A stretch of DNA of 64,000 nucleotides from an uncultured bacterium. Lineage in GTDB: Bacteria; Actinomycetota; Coriobacteriia; Coriobacteriales; Atopobiaceae. The stretch lies in the NCBI GenBank assembly GCA_905215465.1, contig CAJMPT010000001.1, positions 37,684 to 101,683 of the forward strand. The letters are read 5' to 3'. This document shows, piece by piece, positions 19,417-28,440 of the stretch (its first letter is position 1; every line of letters starts with the position of its first letter). Both the position numbers and the translations under genes were made by a program. Under the pieces are notes generated by a model, which was given only the letters and a program-made list of their open reading frames with translations, searched no databases and had not been told where the DNA came from.

Positions 19417-19746
19417 ACCACGACCTCCTGACAACTAACGTGAGGTAATGATAGTACCCGCGTCAGCGCCGCAGGCAGGTGCGCGTATTGACTCTGTAAA
19501 GGCATGGTGACGCGGGACCGCCGCGGCGCGCCTCGTGTAAAATAGCCTGCGGTCGGCGTACCGTGCGCCGCCATCAAGCCTGCAAAGAGAAGGGTCCGCA
19601 TGAAACCTCGACCTGCCAGTCGATGACCCAAGCGGTGTGCTCCCCCGAGGTCACGCCGTGAGGGTGTGATTTGCGCGCCAACGGGCACGTCCCGCACGCG
19701 CGACGCCAACGACCCGGCCCCGTGCCGGAAACCGTTAGGAGCACAG

Positions 19747-21612
19747 ATGATCTACCTGTCCCAGCTCATGGGAAACCCGGTCTACGCAGCGGATGGCGAG
19801 AAGATCGGTACCGTCTCTGACCTCGGCATTGCCACGGGCGAGGTCTTTCCGCGCGTCACGAGCCTTGCCTTCAAGGGTCCGGGCCGCACCCCCTTCATGA
19901 TCTCCTGGCGCAAGTACGTTGACACGTACGACGAGAAGGAGATCCACCTCAAGGTGCCTGCCGTGGAGATTCGCTTCTCCTACCTGCAGCCCGACGAGGT
20001 CCTCATTGCCAGGGACATCCTCAACAAGCAGATCGTGGACACTCGCGGCATGCGCGTCGTCCGCGTGAACGATCTCAAGCTCTCCGACACCAGCTCAACC
20101 CAGCTGCGCCTGCTTGGCGCCGAGGTGGGCGCCCGCGGCATCCTGCGCTCGCTCTCGCCCGCGCTCGAGCGCGTGGCCCTCAAGGTGGCCCGCACCTTTG
20201 GCCACCCCATCCCCGAGCGCATCATTGCCTGGAGCTACATGGACCTGGTCGAGCGCGACCTCTCCAACGTCAAGCTCTCCGTCTCGCACAAGACGCTCGA
20301 CGACATGCACCCGGCAGACATCGCGGACATCATCGAGCGGCTTGACCCGCGCCTGCGCGGCCAGGTCTTTGCCCAGCTCGACGACGAGCAGCGCGCCGGG
20401 GCCATGGCCGAGTTCGACGACGACGCAATGGCCGCCGAGCTCATGGGCGGCATGAACGAGCGCGAGGCCTCCCGCATGCTGTCCGAGATGGACCCGGACG
20501 ACGCCGCCGAGCTCGTGAGCGAGCTTGACTACGACAAGGCCGAGAAGCTCCTGCGCCTCATGGGCGTCCAGGAGCAGCGCGCCATCCGCCAGCTGCTGGG
20601 CTACCGCGAGGACACCGCGGGCCGCATCATGACCTCCGAGTTTGCCGCTCTCTCCGAGGACAAGACCGCCGCCGATGCCGTCGAGCTGCTGCGCGGCCTG
20701 GACGAGGACTTCGAGAGCGTGCGCTACGTGTACCTCTTTGACGAGGACAACAAGCTCTCCGGCGTGGTCACGCTCAACAGCCTCATCGTGGCCGAGCCGG
20801 CAACCCCGCTCGCGGACATCTGCACGCGCGAGGTCATCACCGCCAGCCCCGAGGACGACCAGGAGGACGTGGCCGAGGACATCGCCAAGTACAACCTGCT
20901 GGCCATGCCCGTCGTGGCCGATGACGGCCACCTGCTGGGCATCGTCACCGTCGACGACGCGCTCGACGTCCTTGAGGAGGAACACGCCGAGGACCTGCAG
21001 ATCGCAGGCGGCATTGCCTCTGACGACGAGAGCGCCCACGGCGGCGACCTGTTGTGGCTGCTGCGCCGCAACGCCTGGTTCTTCATCTGGATGGTGGCGG
21101 CGGGGCTCTTCCTCGCGCTCTCCCACCTGACGCCGGCCTTCCAGGCACCCCTGCACGAGGTGCTTCTTGTCTGCGCGGCGCTTCCCATCGCGCTGGTGCT
21201 GGCGGACGACTCGGTGAGCTACGTCACCAACTTCTTCCTCGAGAACGACCCGGACGACGAGGACTCCCCCTCCATGCTGGGCTTCACCATCAAGAGCCTG
21301 GCTTTGGGCGTGGCCTTTGCCGCGCTGGTGGTCCTGGTCGAGATGGCCCTGGACAGCGTCGCGACGGCCGCCGCGGGCACCCCGCTTCCCACGCCGCTGC
21401 AGGCCGGGTTCATTGCCGCGGCCATTGCGGTGCTGGTCGCCTTTGTGCTTTGCCCCGTCTGGCTGCTGGTCCTGCGCAAGCGTGACGAGAAGAACGAGGA
21501 CACCTCGGGCTTTACGCTCTCCGTCACGGCCATGGTCGTGGCCTGCCTGGTCTTCTGCCTTGCCGCGTGCAAGCTCGCCGCCGTCATGGGCATCGCTGGG
21601 GTGCTTGCGTAG
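19747..21612 (+). CDS. PRC-barrel x2 / MgtE_N / CBS-pair protein with a divergent MgtE-like membrane domain
   Basis: Two PRC-barrel-like repeats (LMGNPVYAADGEKIGTVSDL; ILNKQIVDTRGMRVVRVNDL), an MgtE N-domain (DIADIIERLDP...), a CBS pair and about 5 TM segments. I did not find the usual MgtE pore motif (GN.G.Q). AGGAG RBS. Confidence 0.75.
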   Translation: MIYLSQLMGNPVYAADGEKIGTVSDLGIATGEVFPRVTSLAFKGPGRTPFMISWRKYVDTYDEKEIHLKVPAVEIRFSYLQPDEVLIARDILNKQIVDTRGMRVVRVNDLKLSDTSSTQLRLLGAEVGARGILRSLSPALERVALKVARTFGHPIPERIIAWSYMDLVERDLSNVKLSVSHKTLDDMHPADIADIIERLDPRLRGQVFAQLDDEQRAGAMAEFDDDAMAAELMGGMNEREASRMLSEMDPDDAAELVSELDYDKAEKLLRLMGVQEQRAIRQLLGYREDTAGRIMTSEFAALSEDKTAADAVELLRGLDEDFESVRYVYLFDEDNKLSGVVTLNSLIVAEPATPLADICTREVITASPEDDQEDVAEDIAKYNLLAMPVVADDGHLLGIVTVDDALDVLEEEHAEDLQIAGGIASDDESAHGGDLLWLLRRNAWFFIWMVAAGLFLALSHLTPAFQAPLHEVLLVCAALPIALVLADDSVSYVTNFFLENDPDDEDSPSMLGFTIKSLALGVAFAALVVLVEMALDSVATAAAGTPLPTPLQAGFIAAAIAVLVAFVLCPVWLLVLRKRDEKNEDTSGFTLSVTAMVVACLVFCLAACKLAAVMGIAGVLA

Positions 21613-21629
21613 TGGCACGCCAAGAAGAG

Positions 21630-22919
21630 ATGGAGCCGCAGGTCAAGGCCGCTACGGCCGAGTCCGTCAACGCCAACGGCGGCAAGCGGGGGTACGGGCA
21701 CCTTGACCCCAAGCGCGTGCTCGCGGCCATGGGCCCGGGCATGGTAGCGGCCCTTGCCGGCGCGGACGCCGGCGGCGTGGCAACCTACTCGAGCGCCGGC
21801 GCCCTCTTTGGCTATGGCCAGCTCTGGACCGTGCCGGTCATGTGTCTCCTGCTCATCGTGGCGCAGGAGACCGCCGCCCGCATGGGCTGCGTCACCGGCA
21901 AGGGCTTTGCCTCGCTCATCCGCGAGCAGTTCGGCGTGCGCATGAGCACGCTGGCAATGCTTGCGCTTCTTATCTCCAACACCACGGTCACGCTCTCTGA
22001 GTTCGCGGGCATTGCCTCGGGCTTTGCCCTCTTTGGCATCCCCGCCTACGTCAGCGTGCCCATTGCGGCGGTGGCCATCTGGGCGCTCACCATGAGCGGC
22101 TCCTACCACCGCATCGAGAAGATCTTGCTTCTCATCAGCTGTGCCTTCGTGACCTACGTGGTTGCCGGCGTCATGGTGGGCCCCGACTGGGGAGACGCCC
22201 TCAACGCCACGCTCATCCCGCGCTTCTCCACCGACCCGCAGTACTTCAGCGTGCTGGTGGCAAACATCGGCACCACCATCGCGCCCTGGATGATTTTCCT
22301 GGCCCAAAGCAACGTCGTCGAGAAGAACGCGCGCGCAGAGGACCTGCCCTACCAGCGCATTGACACCGTGACCGGCTCCGTTGTGGCCAGCGCCATCTCC
22401 TGGTTCATCATCCTCACCACCGGCGCCGTGCTCTTCCCCGCCGGCATTGCGGTCAACGGCGCCGAGGACGCGGCCAGCGCCCTGGCGCCGCTCGTGGGCC
22501 CCTACGCCGAGGCGCTCTTTGGCGCCGGCCTTGTGGGCGCGAGCTTCCTGGCCGCCTGCGTGCTGCCGGGCATCACGTCCAGCGCCATCTGCGAGGCCTT
22601 TGGCTGGGAGCGCGGCGCGGACCGCAGCTGGCAGGAGGCCCCGGTCTACCGCGGCATCATCACCGTAATCATCTTCCTGTCCGCCGTCATCGTCATCATC
22701 CCCGACGTCAACCTCTTTGGCATCATGATGCTGGCCCAGGTCATCAACGGCGTGCTGCTGCCGGTACTTTTGGTCTTCATGGTGCTCATCGCCGGTGACC
22801 GCCACGTCATGGGCGCCTTTGCCAACGGCCGCATCTGGAACGGCCTCACCTGGTTCACCATCATCGCCGTCGTCATCCTGACCATCGTGATGTTTGTCCT
22901 TCAGGCGATGGGGCTTTAG
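21630..22919 (+). CDS. SLC11/NRAMP-family transporter with substituted metal site (NRMT-like, probable Mg2+/Mn2+ transporter)
   Basis: NRAMP fold throughout. TM1 reads GADAGGVATY instead of DPGN, and TM6 reads TTIAPWMIF instead of (A)xxMPH. The start lies 17 nt after the mgtE-like stop. Confidence 0.8.
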   Translation: MEPQVKAATAESVNANGGKRGYGHLDPKRVLAAMGPGMVAALAGADAGGVATYSSAGALFGYGQLWTVPVMCLLLIVAQETAARMGCVTGKGFASLIREQFGVRMSTLAMLALLISNTTVTLSEFAGIASGFALFGIPAYVSVPIAAVAIWALTMSGSYHRIEKILLLISCAFVTYVVAGVMVGPDWGDALNATLIPRFSTDPQYFSVLVANIGTTIAPWMIFLAQSNVVEKNARAEDLPYQRIDTVTGSVVASAISWFIILTTGAVLFPAGIAVNGAEDAASALAPLVGPYAEALFGAGLVGASFLAACVLPGITSSAICEAFGWERGADRSWQEAPVYRGIITVIIFLSAVIVIIPDVNLFGIMMLAQVINGVLLPVLLVFMVLIAGDRHVMGAFANGRIWNGLTWFTIIAVVILTIVMFVLQAMGL

Positions 22920-22978
22920 GGCAGAACGGAACCGCGGCCGCGCAAGGCCACCCGCACCCACGCGAGCAACGCAAAGAT

Positions 22979-23015
22979 CGGGCCGAACCTCCAAGCGGAA
23001 GTCCGGCCCGTTTTT
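22979..23015 (+). terminator. Intrinsic terminator after the NRAMP-like gene
   Basis: CGGGCCG...CGGCCCG stem followed by TTTTT. Confidence 0.65.
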
Positions 23016-23058
23016 GCTTGAACCCGCGAAGCGTCCGATTGGAGCCGAGCCCCGTGGC

Positions 23059-24138
23059 CTACTTGCTGGCCTTGTCGAACTCCTCCTTGAAGGAGCCGAA
23101 CATCTTGCCCATGCGGCCAAGCCCCTTGCCCACCATGCGGGCGGCATCGGCGCTGGCCTGGGCGGCCTTCTTCTTTGCAGCGGCCTTCTGGGCCTCCGTC
23201 GGCTTCTTGGCCTTGGGCTTTGCTGCGGAGGAAGGCGCCTTGGCCTTGGGGTCGGCAGGCTGCTGCGCCGCGGGCTTCTGAGCTGCCGGGACGTAGGTCA
23301 CAGGCTCGCCAGCGGCGGCGCGGTCCTCCTCGGAGGCAGGCAGGGTCTCCACGGGAGCAGAGACGCTCACGTTGGCGGCGGGAATCTCTGCCGGGTCCGC
23401 CGGCTGGGGTTCCTCGGCGGTGGCGTCGGAGATGGCACGCTTGGCCTTGCCCAAGGCGCGGCCGAGGGCAAAGGAGCCCTTGTCCACGGCCTCGGACGCG
23501 GCGGCGCCGGCCTTGTGGCCCATCTCGGCGCCCTTGACCTTGGCGCTTGCCCAGGCCTCGCCCGCCTTGGCAGCGGCACCGCCGTCCACGGCGAGCTTCT
23601 CGGCCTCGTCGGAGACCACCATGAACTGGTCTTTTGGCGAGTAGCCAATGACCATCTCGGCGGGAATCTCAAAGCTACCAACCAGCATGCGAGAAGCGCC
23701 GCCATCTCCCACAAAGAAGGTCTTGGCGCGACCGGTCTTGGCGTCGAACTCCACGTCGTTGACGTAGCCCATGACCTTGCCGGAGCGGGTGCGGGCATCC
23801 ATGCCCGCCCACATGATGCACTTGTCCCAGTCAAGGCCAAGGCGCTTGCGGGCGGCGTCGTCAAGGCCGTCCTCCGGACGGGTCACCTTGACGCCGCGCT
23901 CGCAGGGCTCAAACGAATCCCAGGCCAAAAAGGCGTCCTCGCGCTTGACCATGCCCGCAACGTCAGGGCGAACCACCATAAAGCCAACCAGCTGGCGGCC
24001 GTTGGGCGCAAAGACCGCCATGTGGATCTTGCCCAGCTTGCTGAGCTTCTCGGCGGGAGCGTCCGGGTTCTTCTTGTCCTTGCGGGCCTTCTTGGCGAGA
24101 AAGACCTTCACACCCTGGTAGGAGTCGATCTTTGCCAC
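23059..24138 (-). CDS. PRC-barrel domain protein with Lys/Ala-rich tail
   Basis: Two PRC-barrel-like modules (VFAPNGRQLVGFMVVRPD; ARTRSGKVMGYVNDVEFD), then a long A/K/P-rich low-complexity C-terminus. Confidence 0.7.
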   Translation of the reverse strand: MAKIDSYQGVKVFLAKKARKDKKNPDAPAEKLSKLGKIHMAVFAPNGRQLVGFMVVRPDVAGMVKREDAFLAWDSFEPCERGVKVTRPEDGLDDAARKRLGLDWDKCIMWAGMDARTRSGKVMGYVNDVEFDAKTGRAKTFFVGDGGASRMLVGSFEIPAEMVIGYSPKDQFMVVSDEAEKLAVDGGAAAKAGEAWASAKVKGAEMGHKAGAAASEAVDKGSFALGRALGKAKRAISDATAEEPQPADPAEIPAANVSVSAPVETLPASEEDRAAAGEPVTYVPAAQKPAAQQPADPKAKAPSSAAKPKAKKPTEAQKAAAKKKAAQASADAARMVGKGLGRMGKMFGSFKEEFDKASK

Positions 24139-24141
24139 GGG

Positions 24142-24597
24142 CTAGGCCTCGGTGTCGGACTCGGGAGCCTCGGCGTCAACGACCTCGACGCGGACGGCCT
24201 CGGCGGGCGTCTCGGCGGCAGGGGCGGCCTCGGCGGCAGCGGCAACCTGGTCGGCGACGGCGTTGACGGCATCCTGGACCTGGGCGGAGGTGGTGCTCAC
24301 CACGTCAGAGAGGGAGTCACGCAGCTGGTCCATGCGCTCGCGGGCGAGGTCGACCTTGGCGCGCAGCTCGTCGGTCTTGGCGTCGACGACGGGGCGGACG
24401 CCGCTGAACTTGTCGGCAGCAGCCTCGGCGCCGCGCTCGTAGGTGTCAACAGCGGAGTCCCAGGCGTCGTTCATGGCATCGGCGGCCATGGCGCGGCTCT
24501 CGGCGCCGGAGCGCGGAGCCAGCAGGATGCCGGCAACGATGCCAGAGGCGGTGCCAAAGAGAGTGCCGAGGGTGAAGTAGAGTGCCTTCTTGCTCAT
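24142..24597 (-). CDS. YtxH-domain (general stress) protein
   Basis: N-terminal amphipathic/TM helix LGTLFGTASGIVAGILLAPRSG followed by helical repeats. Its start lies 3 nt beyond the stop of the preceding gene. Confidence 0.75.
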   Translation of the reverse strand: MSKKALYFTLGTLFGTASGIVAGILLAPRSGAESRAMAADAMNDAWDSAVDTYERGAEAAADKFSGVRPVVDAKTDELRAKVDLARERMDQLRDSLSDVVSTTSAQVQDAVNAVADQVAAAAEAAPAAETPAEAVRVEVVDAEAPESDTEA

Positions 24598-24679
24598 GAT
24601 TTCCTCCTTGTTTGGTCCTACGCAAGTTGCGCTGCGCGCGGTCTTTCAAACTCCACGCGACCCCGCGGGGCCGCGAGTG

Positions 24680-25435
24680 CTACCTGACTGACTTGGGACG
24701 GGGGCCGCTGTAGGCACCCCAGCCATCCTGTGGCTGCTCGGGAGCAGGCCGCTCGGACTGGGGCTCAAAGGCGGCCGCCGGCGAGAGGGGCTCCTCCTCG
24801 GGGACAACCTCCGGGGCGGGCTCGACAGGGGCGGGCTCGACAGGGACGGCCTCGACAGGGACAGCCTCGGCCTCGGGCTCCTCCTGAACGGGCTCCTCGG
24901 CAGGCTGCTCCTCGACGGAGACGGGCGCCTCCTCGGCAGCCGGCTCGTCCTCGGCAGGCTCCTGCTCGCTCACGCTTGCCACGAGGTCCACGAGGCCGCT
25001 TGCGATGGCGTCCACGTCGGGCTTGGGGTCGCCGCCGCCGGAGTAGGCCCACTGCATGATCCAGACGGCGCTGGAGAGGGCGCCCGCCACCAGCACGTCG
25101 TCCGGGCAGGAGAGCTCGACCTCAAAGCTGCGCTCGCCGGTCTGGACCGTGCGCCCCGTGGAGATGTCGCCGGCAATGTCCGTGCGGGCGAGAAGCTCCA
25201 CGGTCACGTGCTCGAGCAGGTGGGCGAGCTCGGTCTGCTCGACGACCTCGCCAAAGTGGGGGCCGGCGTCGCCCAGGCAGACGTGGTCCGCAATCTGGGG
25301 CATGAGCTCGACCATGAGGCGCGTGCCCTCGGGGTCATCGCTCGTGAGCAGCGGCGCATTGGGCGCCACCTCGACCTCGGCCGCAAGGGTGCGCGGGCCG
25401 ACGGTGACTTTCTTGATGTCAAACAGCTGAGCCAT
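24680..25435 (-). CDS. Hypothetical protein with a globular N-domain and acidic P/E/A-rich tail
   Basis: ATG 25435 with a GAAGGAAAGG RBS. The first roughly 165 aa have coding-like composition. I recognise no family. Confidence 0.6.
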   Translation of the reverse strand: MAQLFDIKKVTVGPRTLAAEVEVAPNAPLLTSDDPEGTRLMVELMPQIADHVCLGDAGPHFGEVVEQTELAHLLEHVTVELLARTDIAGDISTGRTVQTGERSFEVELSCPDDVLVAGALSSAVWIMQWAYSGGGDPKPDVDAIASGLVDLVASVSEQEPAEDEPAAEEAPVSVEEQPAEEPVQEEPEAEAVPVEAVPVEPAPVEPAPEVVPEEEPLSPAAAFEPQSERPAPEQPQDGWGAYSGPRPKSVR

Positions 25436-25517
25436 GCGGCGGCTGCCTTTCCTTCTGGCCCGTATCGCGGGCATTCGTTTCGTTCAAACCATTGTAGCGA
25501 CCCGGCGGCGAGGGGCG

Positions 25518-26882
25518 CTAATTGCTCGCAGGCTCCACGTCCTTCTCGCCCCCAACGGAGGGCGCTTGGCCGGGAGCGGTCTGGTCGGAGTCCGCAGGCG
25601 GCTCGGGGGCGGTCACGCGCAGCATGGCGATGCGGCGGCCGCGCATGGACTGGACGAGGAAGCGGTACCCGTCCTTCTCCACGACGTCGCCGGGACGCGG
25701 GAGCTTGTCGGCGCGCTCGATGACGAAGCCGGCGACGGTCTCGTACTCCTCGTTGTCCTCGATGGGCCAGCCGAGGTCGATGGCGTCGTCCAGGGGGAAG
25801 CGCCCGTCGACGAGCCACTCGCGGTCTGAGAGCTGCGTGATGTACTTGTTGTCGGGGTCAAACTCATCCTCAATCTCTCCGACGACCTCCTCCACGATGT
25901 CCTCGATGGTGATGACGCCGGCGGTGCCGCCGTACTCGTCCACCACGATGACCATCTGGTCGTGGCTGGTCTGCATCTCGGAGAGCAGCGGGATGATGTC
26001 CTTGGTGTCGGGCACGTAGTCGGGCGTGCGCATGTGGCCCGAGATGGCCGCGGCGCCCTCGCCGTCGTCCAGGATGGGAGAGATGATGTCCTTGATGTGC
26101 GCGATGCCCACGATGCGGTCAACGGAGCCGCGGTAGATGGGGATGCGGCTGTAGCCGGTGCGCCGCATGGTGGCCAGGACCTCGGAGAGCGTCGAGGTGT
26201 CCTCCATGGCGGTCATGTCAACGCGGGGGACCATGACCTCGCGGGCGATGGTGTCGCCCAGGTCAATGACCTCGTGGATCATGGACTTCTCTTGGTCGGA
26301 CAGCTCCTCGGCGTCCGTGACCATGTACTTGAGCTCCTCCTCGGAGACGTTCTGACGCTCGTCGGCGGACTTGATGCCCATGACCTTGGAAAGGCCGTCG
26401 GCAGACTTGGAGGTGAGCCAGACCAGCGGGGCCGCGACGCGCATGAACGCGCGGATGGGACCGGCGACGGACTTGGAGACGCGCTCGGCGTCGGAGAGGG
26501 CGATGCGCTTGGGAACCAGCTCGCCCACCACCGTGGAGAAGTAGGCCACGACAAGCGTGATGATGACGGGCGCAAGCGTGGCGGCAATGCCCGCGGGCAT
26601 GCCGAGGCTCACGAACCAGGAGCCGAGCGGGTCGGACAGGCTCGTTGCGGCAAAGGCCGAGGAGGCAAAGCCCACGAGCGTGATGGCAACCTGGATGGTG
26701 GCCAGGAACTGGCCGGAGTCGGAGGAGAGGTCCAGGGCGCTCTTGGCGCGCTTGTCCCCCTCGTCTGCCTCGGGTTCTAGTACGGCCCTCTTGGCATTGA
26801 CCACGGCCATCTCCGAGGCAGAGAAGTAGCCGTTGACGAGGGTGAGCAGAAACGTGACGACAATGCTAATTGCTACGTCCAT
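25518..26882 (-). CDS. CNNM/TlyC-family protein (DUF21 + CBS pair + CorC_HlyC)
   Basis: DUF21 TM region (YFSASEMAVVN), a CBS pair and a CorC/HlyC transporter-associated C-domain (GGTAGVITIEDIVEEVVGEIEDEFD). Confidence 0.9.
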   Translation of the reverse strand: MDVAISIVVTFLLTLVNGYFSASEMAVVNAKRAVLEPEADEGDKRAKSALDLSSDSGQFLATIQVAITLVGFASSAFAATSLSDPLGSWFVSLGMPAGIAATLAPVIITLVVAYFSTVVGELVPKRIALSDAERVSKSVAGPIRAFMRVAAPLVWLTSKSADGLSKVMGIKSADERQNVSEEELKYMVTDAEELSDQEKSMIHEVIDLGDTIAREVMVPRVDMTAMEDTSTLSEVLATMRRTGYSRIPIYRGSVDRIVGIAHIKDIISPILDDGEGAAAISGHMRTPDYVPDTKDIIPLLSEMQTSHDQMVIVVDEYGGTAGVITIEDIVEEVVGEIEDEFDPDNKYITQLSDREWLVDGRFPLDDAIDLGWPIEDNEEYETVAGFVIERADKLPRPGDVVEKDGYRFLVQSMRGRRIAMLRVTAPEPPADSDQTAPGQAPSVGGEKDVEPASN

Positions 26883-27068
26883 GCGCGAATGCGCGACCTC
26901 CTTGGTCGGGTTTCCTATACGCGCCCGCGGTCGGGACGCGTGGGACCGCAGGCGTAAATATTCATTCTAGCAGCCATCCGCGCATCCCTCGTTTCTGCCG
27001 CGTTGCGCGATCGGACAGGCGCTGGGGGGCGGAAGGCCCGGGCAAGACGACTCCGGGCGCGGCGGCCC

Positions 27069-27290
27069 TGCGCAGAAGTCCCCTTCGTGTGAGCCTTCCG
27101 CCATTTTTTGTGCAGAAGTCCTCTTCGTGTGAGTCCTTTTTGGGCTTAGCCAGAGTATGCCCGATTTGCCAACTGGGCTTTTGCTGATTCGCAAAGGCGA
27201 AATCAGCCGCAAGGCCCCAATTTGGGCTCACACGAAGGGGACTTCTGCACAGACTTTTGGAAAATGCTCACACGAAGGTCAGTTCTGCAC
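27069..27290. repeat. Family-A composite palindromic element, copy 2
   Basis: Forward modules end at 27094 and 27134; reverse modules start at 27227 and 27267 (40-bp period in both pairs). The last module contains the stop codon of CDS 27279-28259. Confidence 0.85.
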
Positions 27291-28259
27291 GCCGAAGAGC
27301 CTCTCGCGCAGCTTGTCGCGGGAGTCCTGCTGCCACTTGGTCAGCGGTCGGCGCCTCAGCCCCAGCCGGCACGTCAGGTCATCGACGAAGGCATCGAGCT
27401 TGGTGCCGTCCTTGACCAGCTCGTTTGTTGCCACCATCACGGTGTAGCCCATTGCCTCGAGCACGCGACGGCGAGCCTCGTCGGACTCCTTCTTCTTGGG
27501 TGTCAGGTGATGCGCGTTGCTGTCGTACTCCACCACCAGCCTGGCGTCGGCCCACAGGAAGTCCGGCTTGACCTCGGACTGGCCGTCGAGCGCCTCCCGA
27601 TGCCTCTGGGGCACCTCGAGGCTCGCGTTCACGGCAAACCCGCCCAGGCCTGCCCCACCGAGCCTTCGCGAGAGCAGGAAGAACACGGCAAGGTCGGTCT
27701 CGCGCGGAGAGGCGGACCCATCGGTTGCCAGGTCAAGCGCCCTCACGGCCTTACCCGCGCCGCGCACGCCCACGGCCCTGGCGGACTTTGCGTACCCCAC
27801 AAGCTCGGCCCTGCTGGTCAGCGCCGTGAGGTCTGACTGGAAGCTGTCCTCCGCCCAGGGCGTGAGGCCATACGTGCCACACAACTCGCAGGCAATCTGG
27901 GCAAGGTCGACCTCGTCCATGTCCATTGCCAGCTGCACCAGCATGGGCCCCGGCTGGCACACGCTCACGTACTGGTCGACAACATGCAGGTGAGACTGGG
28001 TGAGCGGGCCGGCAAAGACGCGATCGCGAATGGCCTGACACCGCCGCCGGTCTGCGACCGAGCCCACCACGGCATCGACCGGCACGCTCGAGTTGCAGAG
28101 GTTGGCCGCAAGGGCCGCCCGCTCGTGAAGCTCGAGCGCCCGCGGCCCAAAGACCCTACCCGCATCCTCAAGCACGTGCTGCCCCTCGGAGGCAACCCGA
28201 GAGGCCCTCCAGAAGTCCAGAGCCGTTTCATATCCCATGACAAGCGCTTCGTTGCCCAA
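27279..28259 (-). CDS. DUF559/Vsr-like endonuclease-fold protein, paralogue 1
   Basis: C-terminal signature KPDFLWADARLVVEYDSNAHH...ESDEARRRVLEAMGYTVMV. The N-terminus (ETALDFWRA) aligns with paralogue 2 (RSALDYWRA). TTG 28259 has GGGAGGGGG 6 nt upstream (ATG 28238 is an alternative). Confidence 0.7.
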   Translation of the reverse strand: MGNEALVMGYETALDFWRASRVASEGQHVLEDAGRVFGPRALELHERAALAANLCNSSVPVDAVVGSVADRRRCQAIRDRVFAGPLTQSHLHVVDQYVSVCQPGPMLVQLAMDMDEVDLAQIACELCGTYGLTPWAEDSFQSDLTALTSRAELVGYAKSARAVGVRGAGKAVRALDLATDGSASPRETDLAVFFLLSRRLGGAGLGGFAVNASLEVPQRHREALDGQSEVKPDFLWADARLVVEYDSNAHHLTPKKKESDEARRRVLEAMGYTVMVATNELVKDGTKLDAFVDDLTCRLGLRRRPLTKWQQDSRDKLRERLFGVQN

Positions 28260-28294
28260 GACAGACCCCCTCCCGCAGACAGTGGGGAGACCTT

Positions 28295-28310
28295 ACAGGC
28301 AACTAGCAGA
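28295..28310 (-). promoter_or_regulatory. Upstream box shared by the two DUF559-like paralogues
   Basis: ACAGGCAACTAGCAGA lies 36 nt upstream of the start. 13 of 16 nt are identical to ACATGCAACTTGCAGC, which lies 42 nt upstream of paralogue 2. Confidence 0.4.
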
Positions 28311-28440
28311 CTCTCATATGTCGAACCGACCAATATCGGCAGGCGGCCCAAACAAGACGCCAGGCGAGAAGAGCGCCGGCGGCCCCAGGGACCACCGGCG
28401 CTCCATCAATGCGCACCGTGTTGGCTGTGCGACAGGGACG

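Noticed and set aside
19435-19746. M-box or Mn/NiCo riboswitch in the 312-bp region upstream of the mgtE-like gene.
   Set aside because: There are a few suggestive strings (GTGAGGT, CTGCCAG), but order and spacing do not fit the M-box consensus as I remember it. The spacer also contains the divergent GH3 promoter. An Infernal scan would decide.
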